Shown: positions 11,169-21,504, counted from the first letter of the stretch. The stretch: 64,000 nt of DNA from Aquirhabdus sp. (GCA_030150135.1 JASLGO010000049.1:13366-77365), one strand, 5' to 3'. Numbers and translations are program-made. Notes: generated by a model from the sequence alone, not told the origin.

Positions 11169-12785
11169 TTAAATTCCCGCCTTAATCATATCTGCCGCTT
11201 TCTCCGCAATCATCACGGTTGGTGCATTGGTGTTGCCATTCACTACGGCTGGCATGATTGACGCATCGACAACGCGTAACCCTTGAACGCCATACACTTT
11301 AAGCGTTGGGTCGACGACAGCCATATCATCTACGCCCATCTTGCAACTACCTACAGGGTGATAAACCGTATCGGTGCGTTGGCGTAAGACTGCGCGAATG
11401 TCATCGTCATTCTGAATGTTTGATGTAAACAGATCTTTGCTAATGACATCCTTAAATGCTTCAGCATCCATCAATTTTTTCGTCATCTTGAAGCCTGCAA
11501 CCATATCTTCAAGGTCGGCTGGGTCGCCAAAGAAATTTGGATCAATCAGCAGTTTGTCATCCATCGTTGGGCCGCTGAGTTTCACTGTGCCACGACTGCG
11601 TGGATTGAGCAGACAAACGTGACAGGAAATCCCATGTCCCATATGCATCGTGCGCGCATGGTTATCCACCAGTGCAACGACAAAATGCAGTTGTACGTTT
11701 GGAATGTCGAGTTCAGGTTTGGTTTTCAGGAAGCCGCCACATTCAGCAAAGTTACTGGCAACCATGCCATGATGGTTCTGTCGATATTTCTGGATTTGAC
11801 CGAGCATATTCACAGAACCACTAATCGAAATTCCGAACGTATCTCGGGTGTTGTTGGATTTATATCCAAAAACAAAATCAGGATGGTCATGTAAATTTTT
11901 ACCGACACCGGGAAGGTGTTGAGTCACTTGAATGCCATGTTTTTCCAATTCCTGACGATCACCAATACCCGAAACCATGAGCAGTTGAGGTGACTGGAAT
12001 GCGCCAGCAGAAACAAGCACTTCACGGCGTGCGCGGATGGTTTTTCTCACACCATTTTGTTTGAATTCGACGCCAACAGCACGACCATTTTCGATGATGA
12101 TGCGTTGGGCCAGCGCATTGATTTCTACATGTAGGTTGCTGCGTTGTCCCATATGCGGAAATAAGTAACCTTTAGCTGCACTCCAGCGCGCGCCGTTTTT
12201 TTGAGTGACTTGATATACGCCTAAACCTTCTTGAGTTGCACCGTTGAAGTCGTTGTTAATTGGATAACCGACTTCATGAGCTGCGGCGAGGTAAGTGTTT
12301 TGTAGAGGGTTGTCGGATTGCAAATCGCTGACATTCAGAGGGCCGCCCTGACCGTGATATTCATCGTGGATGCGTTCGTTATTTTCTGATTTTTTGAAGT
12401 ACGGAAGCACTTCGTTATAAGACCAACCTGTATTACCAAGCGCAGCCCAATCGTCATAGTCCTTGCGATTGCCGCGAATATACGCCATAGCATTGATTGC
12501 TGATGAGCCGCCTAAACATTTGCCGCGAGGTTGATAGCCTTTACGCCCATTGAGTCCTGCTTGGGGAACAGTTTCAAGTGCCCAGTTGTTTAATTTAGAA
12601 GGAATGATAAGTACAGCTCCAACTGGAACATTGACCACCCAGCTATCTCCACCACCGCCAGCTTCAAGAAGACATAGAGATACATTTGGATCTTCTGTGA
12701 GTCGACCTGCGAGCACGCTGCCAGCTGATCCGCCGCCAATCACGATGTAGTCAAATTCAGTTACGTTATCAGTGGAGCTTGTCAT
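11169..12785 (-). CDS. GMC family oxidoreductase (AlkJ/choline dehydrogenase-like)
   Basis: GGGSAG, RGKCLGGSSAINAM, GKNLHDH, YHPVGSCKMG, GNTNAPTVMIAEK. Confidence 0.92.
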   Translation of the reverse strand: MTSSTDNVTEFDYIVIGGGSAGSVLAGRLTEDPNVSLCLLEAGGGGDSWVVNVPVGAVLIIPSKLNNWALETVPQAGLNGRKGYQPRGKCLGGSSAINAMAYIRGNRKDYDDWAALGNTGWSYNEVLPYFKKSENNERIHDEYHGQGGPLNVSDLQSDNPLQNTYLAAAHEVGYPINNDFNGATQEGLGVYQVTQKNGARWSAAKGYLFPHMGQRSNLHVEINALAQRIIIENGRAVGVEFKQNGVRKTIRARREVLVSAGAFQSPQLLMVSGIGDRQELEKHGIQVTQHLPGVGKNLHDHPDFVFGYKSNNTRDTFGISISGSVNMLGQIQKYRQNHHGMVASNFAECGGFLKTKPELDIPNVQLHFVVALVDNHARTMHMGHGISCHVCLLNPRSRGTVKLSGPTMDDKLLIDPNFFGDPADLEDMVAGFKMTKKLMDAEAFKDVISKDLFTSNIQNDDDIRAVLRQRTDTVYHPVGSCKMGVDDMAVVDPTLKVYGVQGLRVVDASIMPAVVNGNTNAPTVMIAEKAADMIKAGI

Positions 12786-12871
12786 TTTTCTTTATCCATA
12801 GAAGTACAGTTGTATAGCATCGATTATGCCGAAAAATGACACGGTTGCGTATCTTTATTCATCCATAAAAT

Positions 12872-13507
12872 TTAAGCATACGTCTGTGTGATTGTCGTGA
12901 GCACGGGTTCCCATTGTGCTTGAATCGGTTGATATAGTTTTTGAGTATGATCAAACACGCTTAAACCTTGTGTCGCAAGCTGCGGATAGGCGCTCCGTTC
13001 GGTAATCCATGCAATTGGCTGATGTCCAAGATGGGTGAAAAAGTCTTGCAATTGTTTATTAGTGGATGATTGCGCACGGACGCGGTTTGCCAGTAAATGC
13101 ACTTGGACTTTACCTTTGCGCACACGCTTAATATCGTCAATATTTTTTAAAAAACGTTGCGTGCTATCAATATCAAAAAACGACGGTTGAATCGGGGTGA
13201 TGATCGCATGACTTTCTGCAATCAATTGCTCTGCATGATCACTATCCAACGCTCCAGGTGCATCAATCACCAACCATTCGATTTTTTTGGGGACGTCGCC
13301 GATGCTTTTGTCATTACGCCAATCCAGACTCAGGATAGGGTGTGCGCTTTCAGGGCGGCGTTTTAGCCATTGCAATGAGGATTTTTGTGGATCAGCGTCC
13401 GCCAGAGCGACCTTTTCGCCGCGCTGGGCAAGGGCTGCGGCAAGGGTAATGGCGGTCATGGTCTTGCCACAGCCGCCTTTTTGATTAGCGATTAAGATTG
13501 TTTTCAT
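12872..13507 (-). CDS. ParA/MinD family ATPase
   Basis: KGGCGKT deviant Walker A, DADPQ, IDAPG. Confidence 0.88.
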   Translation of the reverse strand: MKTILIANQKGGCGKTMTAITLAAALAQRGEKVALADADPQKSSLQWLKRRPESAHPILSLDWRNDKSIGDVPKKIEWLVIDAPGALDSDHAEQLIAESHAIITPIQPSFFDIDSTQRFLKNIDDIKRVRKGKVQVHLLANRVRAQSSTNKQLQDFFTHLGHQPIAWITERSAYPQLATQGLSVFDHTQKLYQPIQAQWEPVLTTITQTYA

Positions 13508-13660
13508 GCAAATATCCGTTTCATAATTCTTATTTGAGCATAACAAAATTTTTTAAGGCAGAATAATGATAGTTTTGTGATTTATGCATCAGATTTGCGC
13601 TTGATATGCGATGCAAGAATGAAGATTGCATGCTGTCTGGATTCAAAAGGAGAATAACAA

Positions 13661-14314
13661 ATGGGCAAGGTCAAGGTGGCGGGTTTTTCAGTATCGGTTG
13701 ATGGCTATGGTGCTGGACCTGAACAGAGTTTGCAAAATCCGCTCGGCAAACGTGGCACTGAACTACATCAATGGTTTTTCGACACTCGCTTCTTTCATGA
13801 GATGATAGGGCGAGAGGGTGGAGCTGTGGACAGCATTGATCAGACTTACGCGCAGCGTGCGATGGCTGGGTTTGGTGCGTTTATTCTGGGGCGAAATATG
13901 TATGGCCCAATCCGTGGTGCTTGGGACGGTACTGATTGGAAGGGTTGGTGGGGTGATAATCCTCCTTATCATGCGCCGACTTTTATCCTTACACATCATG
14001 CGCATCCGCCGATTAAGATGGAGGGCGGAACCACTTTTTTCTTTATCACTGACGGGATCAAAAGCGCACTTGATCAGGCAAAAGCCGCGGCGGGCAATCT
14101 CGACGTCAAGATCGGAGGTGGGGTATCAACGGTTCGGCAATATCTGGAGGCAGGATTGATCGACGAACTGCATTATGCAGTGAGTCCAGTCATACTGGGG
14201 CAGGGTGAAGCAATGTTTGCTGGTCTTGACCTGCCGAGCTTAGGTTATACGGCAGTCGAACAGGTTATGGGCGAGAAGGCTTTACATCTCGTTTTGGCTA
14301 AAAGTAAAACCTAA
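13661..14314 (+). CDS. dihydrofolate reductase family (RibD C-terminal-like) protein
   Basis: SVSVDGY, LGRNMY, GWWGDNPPYH, GGGVSTVRQYLEAGLIDE; SD AGGAG. Confidence 0.85.
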   Translation: MGKVKVAGFSVSVDGYGAGPEQSLQNPLGKRGTELHQWFFDTRFFHEMIGREGGAVDSIDQTYAQRAMAGFGAFILGRNMYGPIRGAWDGTDWKGWWGDNPPYHAPTFILTHHAHPPIKMEGGTTFFFITDGIKSALDQAKAAAGNLDVKIGGGVSTVRQYLEAGLIDELHYAVSPVILGQGEAMFAGLDLPSLGYTAVEQVMGEKALHLVLAKSKT

Positions 14315-14332
14315 AATCAAATCGACGTTCAT

Positions 14333-14363
14333 AAAAAAAGGACACGCTGAGCATGTCCTTTTT
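14333..14363. terminator. bidirectional intrinsic terminator
   Basis: AAAAAAAGGACAcgc-tga-gcaTGTCCTTTTT between convergent genes. Confidence 0.75.
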
Positions 14364-14380
14364 GAATATCGATTGGCGTC

Positions 14381-15550
14381 TTAATCTAAGTAGTAAGTCG
14401 CTAATGGTGGGAAACCATTGAACTCTACAGATGAGTAAGAGTTGGTGTATGCACCTGTGGTCATCCAATAGATCTTGTCGCCAACAGCCAGATTCAATGG
14501 CAATTGATAATCAACGTTTTCATACATGATGTCGGTTGAGTCACAAGTTGGGCCAGCAAGTACGACGCCACCTTCTTTTTCCTTGTCTTCCATTTTTTCC
14601 GTATAGATTGGATATTTAATGGATTCGCCAAGCGTTTCGATTAGACCTTGGAACAGACCAACATCTAAGTAAACCCAACGTTTGAGATCGGTACGTGATT
14701 TACGGGAAATCAATACAACTTCGGAGACCAATACGCCTGATTCGCCAACCAATGAACGACCTGGTTCAAGAATGATTTCAGGAATATCATCGCCATAATC
14801 GTCTTGCAAATAGCGCGTAATTTCTTCGGCGTAGGTCTGGATCGGGTTGACTTCAGAGATATAGTTCGCTGGGAAACCGCCACCCATGTTGATCATTTTC
14901 AAGCTGACGTTTTCTTCGTATTTCATCCAGTCAAACATGTATTTGACTTTAGATAATGCTGCATCCCAAACGGCGATGTCTTTTTGCTGACTACCGACGT
15001 GGAACGAAATCCCGTAAGGAATCAAGCCCAATAATTTAGCTTGTACCAACAGGTCGAGAGCCATATCAGGATGGCAGCCAAACTTACGTGACAGTGGCCA
15101 TTCCGCAGTTTCACCACCTTCAACCAGAATACGTACGAAAATCTTTGAACCTGGCGCATTTTCAGCAATGCTTTGCAGGTCATTCTTTGAGTCTGTTGCA
15201 AACAGACGCACGCCTTTGTCATAAGCGTATTTAACATGTGCTGATTTCTTGATGGTATTGCCATAGGAAATACGCTCAGGATCAACACCACATTCCAATA
15301 CACGATTCAGCTCAAAAATAGAGGCAATGTCAAAGCTAGAACCAAGCTCATTGAGCAATTTGACGACAGGTGCGCCAGGGTTTGCCTTCAGCGCGTAATG
15401 CACTTTAGCTTTAGGGAAGCAAGTAATGAGTTCTTTGTACTTTTGACGAATGATTTCCAGATCGACCACCAGAAACGGCGTTTCCTTGTCTTTGGAAAAC
15501 TCTTGAATTTTTGTCCACTCTGCTGGGGAGCAATAGTTATTCAGGTTCAT
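14381..15550 (-). CDS. fold-type III PLP ornithine/lysine decarboxylase
   Basis: YALKAN (PLP Lys), FHVGSQ, EPGRS, GPTCDS, GAYT. Confidence 0.9.
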   Translation of the reverse strand: MNLNNYCSPAEWTKIQEFSKDKETPFLVVDLEIIRQKYKELITCFPKAKVHYALKANPGAPVVKLLNELGSSFDIASIFELNRVLECGVDPERISYGNTIKKSAHVKYAYDKGVRLFATDSKNDLQSIAENAPGSKIFVRILVEGGETAEWPLSRKFGCHPDMALDLLVQAKLLGLIPYGISFHVGSQQKDIAVWDAALSKVKYMFDWMKYEENVSLKMINMGGGFPANYISEVNPIQTYAEEITRYLQDDYGDDIPEIILEPGRSLVGESGVLVSEVVLISRKSRTDLKRWVYLDVGLFQGLIETLGESIKYPIYTEKMEDKEKEGGVVLAGPTCDSTDIMYENVDYQLPLNLAVGDKIYWMTTGAYTNSYSSVEFNGFPPLATYYLD

Positions 15551-15798
15551 GGTGGTTCAACTCAATGAATAAAATGGAAAAATCGTTCTGAGGATTGCTC
15601 AGTAACACCACTTTTGCGCCATGTTTGCCATGATGTAAATGGCAGCATTTTGCAGGTGCCAAAGATATAGCCATAGGCGATCAGATTCAAGCATATCTCT
15701 ATGTCAAATTGATAAAAAAACGACGAACTTCGAGATTATTTACATTGTTTTCACAGATCGAGCCTTTTAAGGCGCAACCTGTGAATTTACACAAGAGG

Positions 15799-16452
15799 CT
15801 AGATCGATTCCGGTGCAGCAAGTAAGCGAGCCTCTAAGTTCGCTGCTTCAAGTTGTTCTGGTTGAGTCAGAGAGAGTTTAAGATCCTTGAGTAGACCATT
15901 TTCGAGACTGTATACCCAGCCGTGGACTTGTAAAGACTGGCCGCGAGCCCAAGCATCTTCAACGATTGTTGTTTGTCCAATATTAAGGACTTGTTCGCGG
16001 ACATTAAGCTCACATAAACGTGCCTGACGTTCGGCATCGCTTGGTAAGTCAGCAAGTACATCGGCATATTTGCGCGCTGTGTCCTGAATATGTTGCAGCC
16101 AGTTGTCAATTAATCCAAGGCGGCGATTATGCAGTGCAGCCTGAATGCCGCCACAACCGTAATGACCGACGACGATGATGTGTTCTACTTTCAATACATC
16201 TACAGCAAATTGTAGTACCGACAAACAGTTAAAATCGGTACAAATAACTTGATTGGCGACATTGCGATGGACAAACATTTCACCTGGTGCAAGGTCAACT
16301 AACTCGGTTGCAGGAACGCGACTGTCGGAGCATCCAATCCATAAATATTTAGGCGCTTGTTGACCGACTAATCGACTAAAAAACTCAGGATCGCGTTTAG
16401 CGGTTTCAGCAGCCCAAGCGCGATTACTTTTTAATAAATGATCTAAAGACAT
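15799..16452 (-). CDS. can: beta-class carbonic anhydrase
   Basis: WIGCSDSRVP, FVHRNVAN, GHYGCGG. Confidence 0.95.
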   Translation of the reverse strand: MSLDHLLKSNRAWAAETAKRDPEFFSRLVGQQAPKYLWIGCSDSRVPATELVDLAPGEMFVHRNVANQVICTDFNCLSVLQFAVDVLKVEHIIVVGHYGCGGIQAALHNRRLGLIDNWLQHIQDTARKYADVLADLPSDAERQARLCELNVREQVLNIGQTTIVEDAWARGQSLQVHGWVYSLENGLLKDLKLSLTQPEQLEAANLEARLLAAPESI

Positions 16453-16546
16453 GACAATGACAGCTCAGATAATAATTTACGTGAAAAAATGGGTTGCAAC
16501 GACTTTGCATATCGTGAAATCGTTGCGGTTTAGTTCATGAAAATGT

Positions 16547-16987
16547 TCACTCTTTGGTTGCCGATTCAGTATTTTCAATGTTTGGTGGTTGATGTCGAGC
16601 AAGATCTTCTTGGTGGATATTTTCAATGAGTTTGATAAGTTTTCGTTCGCTATACATTGCTGTATAGATTTGGAAAACAAATCCCCCCAGCAACGCAATG
16701 AATCCCCAAAACATGAGACTGCCCAATGCGGCAAGTTGCACAAGTTGATCAGTCGGCATTTTCCCAATTTGAATTTGGTTGGCCAGCATCGCTGGATTGA
16801 GATACAGCGGTTTTTGTTGATAGAGCCAATAACACAAGACTGCCAATAATACCCAGAGTAGCCAGCCTGTCATGTTCCATGACCGAATTTGACGTAAGCG
16901 ACTTTTAATATATGCATCACGTTTTTGAGCATTTTTTACGAGTTGCTCAGCAATTTGGGTGTCAGTGATCGTTGGGTCGGTCAACAT
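16547..16987 (-). CDS. hypothetical membrane protein (2 TM helices)
   Basis: 146-aa ORF with SD AAGGA and two hydrophobic segments. Confidence 0.65.
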   Translation of the reverse strand: MLTDPTITDTQIAEQLVKNAQKRDAYIKSRLRQIRSWNMTGWLLWVLLAVLCYWLYQQKPLYLNPAMLANQIQIGKMPTDQLVQLAALGSLMFWGFIALLGGFVFQIYTAMYSERKLIKLIENIHQEDLARHQPPNIENTESATKE

Positions 16988-17135
16988 TGCAAATCATCCT
17001 TGTAAACTGGGGCAAGGGAAGTGGGTCACAAAAAAGATAGTGACATTTAACCAAAAGTCATGAAGCAATGAAATGGCAATGATGCTTGGAAACTTGACTT
17101 AAATGTCTCATGCATCAATCTCACCATTTGCATCA

Positions 17136-17651
17136 TTAGCGGACACGGACTTTTTCGCGTTCGCGTTTAACCAGTTTATCTTTGATACGTTGACGTTTGA
17201 GCGGTGATAAATAATCAACAAAGAGTTTGCCATTTAAGTGGTCCATCTCATGTTGAATACATACAGCGAGCAAACCATCTGCTTCGAGACTGAACGATTG
17301 ACCAAAAAGGTCTAATGCGTCAATTCGTACTCGAGCAGGTCTTGCAACCTTGTCAAAGACTTCTGGAACAGATAAACATCCTTCTTCATAAGGAATAGTT
17401 TCTGTGCTCAGCGGCGTCACTTTTGGATTAATAAAAATCATCGGCTGACTTTTATCTTCAGTAATATCGATGACAATGAGTTCAATATGTCGATCAACTT
17501 GGCTTGCAGCCAAACCGACACCAGGAGCAGCATACATGGTTTCTAACATGTCATTTGCAAGAGTCCGGATGTCATCAGTGACTTTGTCAATCGGCTTTGC
17601 TCGCGTCCTGAGTCGCGGGTCAGGAAAGCTTAAAATGGGAAGTAGTGCCAT
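17136..17651 (-). CDS. def: peptide deformylase
   Basis: GVGLAA, EGCLS, QHEMDH; start at MALLPIL. Confidence 0.97.
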   Translation of the reverse strand: MALLPILSFPDPRLRTRAKPIDKVTDDIRTLANDMLETMYAAPGVGLAASQVDRHIELIVIDITEDKSQPMIFINPKVTPLSTETIPYEEGCLSVPEVFDKVARPARVRIDALDLFGQSFSLEADGLLAVCIQHEMDHLNGKLFVDYLSPLKRQRIKDKLVKREREKVRVR

Positions 17652-18041
17652 GATGTGGTGATATTCCTTGTATTGCATTAATCATCAAGATTTTGATTAA
17701 TGGAAATCTATTTTACCGTGTATAGCACAGTGATGAAACGTTGTGCGATATGAAATATTTGCCTTTGAATACGAATATGCTGCTTTATATTCCTGATCGA
17801 GTAGGTTAATCTTGGAGATCATACGTTCAAATGCAATTAAGATAGCGTGAATACTAGACTTAAAGTCAATAAACGCTTATTGTAAATGCCAACAGGGGAC
17901 AGACAGGCAGTATAGCCTGAACGTGTGATCCATTATATTAGGGAAATGATAATGAGCGTGTCTATGTCTAAATGCATGCAGCACCAATTACAGAGTTCAT
18001 CAGTCGTTTCAGACCAATTGACGCCTCCAAGCGAGCAGACC

Positions 18042-19166
18042 ATGAATAAAAAAAATCGGATGACCACACTTGTGTTGGCGATGGCTATCGGTTTAGGGAT
18101 GCCAATCCTTGCTTCAGCAACCAATAATCCTCCTCCAGCCGTTCGTGCTGATGCCCCTGATACTTATATCGTTAAAAAAGGCGATACACTTTGGGATATT
18201 TCAGGTAAATATCTGAAAGATGCTTGGCGCTGGAAAGAAATCTGGGCAGTGAATCCTCAAGTTAAAAACCCACATTGGATTTATCCAGGTGATCGTTTGA
18301 TTCTTTGCAGTATCAAAGGTCGTACAGTTGTGGGTGTAGACCAAGGCGATGGCTGCGTGGGTGTTGCTCGTCGTATGGATGCTCCAGCAGATAGTTTAGA
18401 TAACAATGTTGTTCGTCTATCTCCACAAATTCATGTTGAGGCACTCAACGCAGCAGTACCAGCTATTCCTTTAAAAGATATTAAATCTTGGCTAGTCGAT
18501 GGTACTGTGGTGTCAGAAGATACCCTGAAAAAATCTCCTTATGTTCTTGCAACTACTGAACGTCATGTTGTCGCAGCTGCTGGTGAGTCTGTATATGTTC
18601 GTGGCGGGCGGTTAGTCGCTGGTGATAGCTATGGTATCTATCGTGCGGGGGCACCATTTATTGATCCAGAAACTAAAGAGATTCTGGGTACAGAAGCTCG
18701 TCTTGTAGCGCGAGGTACTGCGACTGCTGTAGATAATGATGTTTCTACAGTCGAGTTAACCGAAAATGTCCAGCAGGAAGTACGTGCAGATGATAGAGTA
18801 ATGCCAGAGGAAGTTGTTCAGAATCCAGGTATTTTCTATCCAACCAATGCAGACAATGTTGCCTCTGGTCGCTTACTTCGAGTCATGGATGGTCTAGATC
18901 AAGCATCAACTAATAGTACGATTGCGATCAATCGCGGTGAACGAGATGGCGTAAAAGCAGGTCAGGTATTTGCAATCTATCGTCGTGGTGCATTAGTGAT
19001 TGATAGCCATGATGGAAAACAAGTTCGATTACCAAGTGAGCGTAGTGGTCTTGCAATGGTTTTCCGTTCATTCAAGAAAATGAGCTATGCGCTCGTTCTT
19101 GAGGCGCATGGTTCAATTAAAGTCGGTGATGAGCTACGCCCACCAGCTGGTTCAACTGACCAATAA
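18042..19166 (+). CDS. LysM peptidoglycan-binding protein (TsaP-like), exported
   Basis: Signal peptide; YIVKKGDTLWDIS..NPQVKNPHWIYPGD LysM; classic def<-/LysM-dprA synteny; start uncertain. Confidence 0.88.
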   Translation: MNKKNRMTTLVLAMAIGLGMPILASATNNPPPAVRADAPDTYIVKKGDTLWDISGKYLKDAWRWKEIWAVNPQVKNPHWIYPGDRLILCSIKGRTVVGVDQGDGCVGVARRMDAPADSLDNNVVRLSPQIHVEALNAAVPAIPLKDIKSWLVDGTVVSEDTLKKSPYVLATTERHVVAAAGESVYVRGGRLVAGDSYGIYRAGAPFIDPETKEILGTEARLVARGTATAVDNDVSTVELTENVQQEVRADDRVMPEEVVQNPGIFYPTNADNVASGRLLRVMDGLDQASTNSTIAINRGERDGVKAGQVFAIYRRGALVIDSHDGKQVRLPSERSGLAMVFRSFKKMSYALVLEAHGSIKVGDELRPPAGSTDQ

Positions 19167-19191
19167 GTTTTTGTTTTAAGATGATAATAAG

Positions 19192-20415
19192 ATGACACTA
19201 GCGTTGTTTACTGAGAGTTTTGATTTTAATGATTCAGTAAATCGTGCCACAAAACAATCATCTTCCCGCGAAGAAAATCCACAAGGCTGGCTCAATGAGC
19301 TGGCCTTGTGGCATTTGGTCAATCATTCGATTGTGACGTGGCGTGGCTTAATCAGTCATTTCGGTCATGCTGGGCACGCAATTGACGCATCTACGGATGA
19401 TTGGAAGTCACTTGCAGTACATGCGAGCCACATTAAACGTCTTAAAAGTTGGTATGAACGTGGTGATGTTTATCGGCATTTTGAACAAACGTTATCAGAA
19501 TTAGAACGCGGTAGTTTTAATGTGCTCTTTGAGCAGATGCCTGAATATCCCGCCTTACTGAGTAAAACGACGGATTCCCCACCATTTTTATTTTATCGCG
19601 GTAATACTCAGTGCCTTCATCAGCCACAATTGGCGATGGTCGGTACACGTAAACCTTCACCTAGCGCACGTAAAATAGCCTTTGAGTTCTCAAAAGAGCT
19701 GGCACAGTCGGGTATTTGGATTACCAGTGGATTAGCACAAGGGATTGATGCTGATTGTCATCGTGGAGCACTTGCAGCGGGTGGCGGGCGAACGATTGCT
19801 GTGTTGGGTACTGGTATCGATGTTTGCTATCCAGCCGCACATCAACCGCTTTATGATCAGATCGTTGCCGAAGGTGGTTTGGTGCTTACGGAATTTTTAC
19901 CAAAAACAGAGCCGCTTGCGCATCATTTCCCTAGACGTAATCGAATTGTCAGTGGCATGTCTGTCGGTGTGCTGGTGGTTGAGGCCGCGCTGAAAAGTGG
20001 TTCTTTGATTACGGCAAGATTAGCGGCTGAACAAGGTCGAGATGTGTTGGTGATTCCGGGGCATATTGCCAATGAGCAGGTGGCTGGGTGTCATCAGCTC
20101 ATTCGTGAAGGTGCGCGCTTGGTGACCAGTGTTAAAGATATCTTAGAAGATTTGAATTTATCACGTAACCCACTGCTTGCGAGTGAGTTTGCAGTGAGTC
20201 CTCATGAAAGTGAGCTACCAGTGTCTTCTGCTACACCAATAGAACCTCATTTACAGCCATTGATGGTGCATTTGGATTGGACAGGGCAAAGTATGGATAC
20301 GTTGGTCGAGAGTAGTGGGATGGATGTGGCGACGTTATCTGGACTCCTGATGGAGCTTGAGTTGTCAGGTTTGGTGACGCAGGTGAACGGCTTATATCAG
20401 CGGTGTCGGGTATGA
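19192..20415 (+). CDS. dprA: DNA-processing protein DprA
   Basis: VGTRKPS, SGLAQGID, FPRRNRIVSG, SGSLITA, C-terminal winged helix. Confidence 0.95.
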   Translation: MTLALFTESFDFNDSVNRATKQSSSREENPQGWLNELALWHLVNHSIVTWRGLISHFGHAGHAIDASTDDWKSLAVHASHIKRLKSWYERGDVYRHFEQTLSELERGSFNVLFEQMPEYPALLSKTTDSPPFLFYRGNTQCLHQPQLAMVGTRKPSPSARKIAFEFSKELAQSGIWITSGLAQGIDADCHRGALAAGGGRTIAVLGTGIDVCYPAAHQPLYDQIVAEGGLVLTEFLPKTEPLAHHFPRRNRIVSGMSVGVLVVEAALKSGSLITARLAAEQGRDVLVIPGHIANEQVAGCHQLIREGARLVTSVKDILEDLNLSRNPLLASEFAVSPHESELPVSSATPIEPHLQPLMVHLDWTGQSMDTLVESSGMDVATLSGLLMELELSGLVTQVNGLYQRCRV

Positions 20416-20993
20416 CAGATTTTCATGAGCAGTTTCAAAAGCAGTTGAATTCGGCTGTTGCTGCATTATGTGATGGTAAAGTGATTGCGTATCCTACCGA
20501 GGCTGTATGGGGGCTGGGCTGTGATCCGTGGAATGAACAGGCGGTTTTAGAAATACTGCGTTTGAAGCAACGACCTATTGAAAAAGGTGTGATTCTTATT
20601 GCGGCAGATATTGAGCAAATTGAGCCATTTTTAGAAAAATTAACAACTGAGCAGCGACAGCGCGTCATCGCCAGTTGGGTAGATGAGTATGCACCAGCAA
20701 CAACGTGGCTCGTCCCCTTAACTGATCAGGTGCCTTGTTGGATTTCGGGTGAGCATTCGCAAGTTGCTGTGCGAGTGACGAAGCATCAGCAAACACAAGC
20801 CTTATGTCGTGCTTTCGGTAAGCCAATTGTGTCGACGAGTGCAAATCCAAGTAGCGAACCGTCAGCAGTGGATGCGGCGATGGTGCGAACTTATTTTGCA
20901 GATCGGGTTTTTGTCTTTGAGGGTGAGACGGGTGGTGCGACCCAGCCGAGTGTGATTCGGGATGTGGGGACTGGGAAGGTACTGCGAGGGTGA
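20412..20993 (+). CDS. tsaC: L-threonylcarbamoyladenylate synthase (TsaC/YrdC)
   Basis: YPTEAVWGLGCDP, KQRPIEKG, STSAN; ATGA overlap with dprA stop. Confidence 0.93.
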   Translation: MTDFHEQFQKQLNSAVAALCDGKVIAYPTEAVWGLGCDPWNEQAVLEILRLKQRPIEKGVILIAADIEQIEPFLEKLTTEQRQRVIASWVDEYAPATTWLVPLTDQVPCWISGEHSQVAVRVTKHQQTQALCRAFGKPIVSTSANPSSEPSAVDAAMVRTYFADRVFVFEGETGGATQPSVIRDVGTGKVLRG

Positions 20994-21137
20994 AATACGA
21001 AAATTTATGTAAATGAAATATAATTTGGTTGTTTAATGATCAAATTATTATAATATTGTTGTCAATGATATCGTCCCATACAAAAAATAGTGACAAAGCA
21101 TAAAATTTTATTCTAAAAATTAGAGAGGTATAGCGAT

Positions 21138-21440
21138 ATGAAACATCGAAGAGTTCTGCCAATTTTTTTAGGAGTTTGTGTGTTTGGTTTTGTTTCTGTT
21201 GGTTGGGCGCAACCAGACAGTCTCGCACAAAATGCTCCTCAGGACTCTCATTTGGTTCATTCGAAGACCGCAGTAAACTCACGAAAGCTGCCGAAAGACC
21301 AGCTTGCAGAATTAGGTGTGGAGGATCAACTAAAACTTCAACAGCAAATGGATCGTCGGAGTAAGATGCAGCAAAGCATGAGTAATATGATGAAAAAGGA
21401 GTCTGATACATCCAGTTCAGTCAGTGGAAATTTAAAATAA
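21138..21440 (+). CDS. small exported hypothetical protein
   Basis: SD GAGG; Sec-type N-terminus (MKHRR..GWA|Q); Met/Gln/Ser-rich amphipathic C-terminal helix. Confidence 0.7.
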   Translation: MKHRRVLPIFLGVCVFGFVSVGWAQPDSLAQNAPQDSHLVHSKTAVNSRKLPKDQLAELGVEDQLKLQQQMDRRSKMQQSMSNMMKKESDTSSSVSGNLK

Positions 21441-21504
21441 TTAAACGAAGGTGAGACAACAGGGTGTTGATATTTGAGGGCTGCTGTAAAAACGTTAGTA
21501 AATT

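Noticed and set aside
16477..16849. Alternative ORFs overlapping the 146-aa membrane protein
   Set aside because: No SD or motif support; 16547-16987 has an SD and a TM pattern.
17677..17701. ATTAATCA..TGATTAAT palindrome or competence-regulator site between def and the LysM gene
   Set aside because: Short, AT-rich and single; no convincing CRP-S-like consensus.
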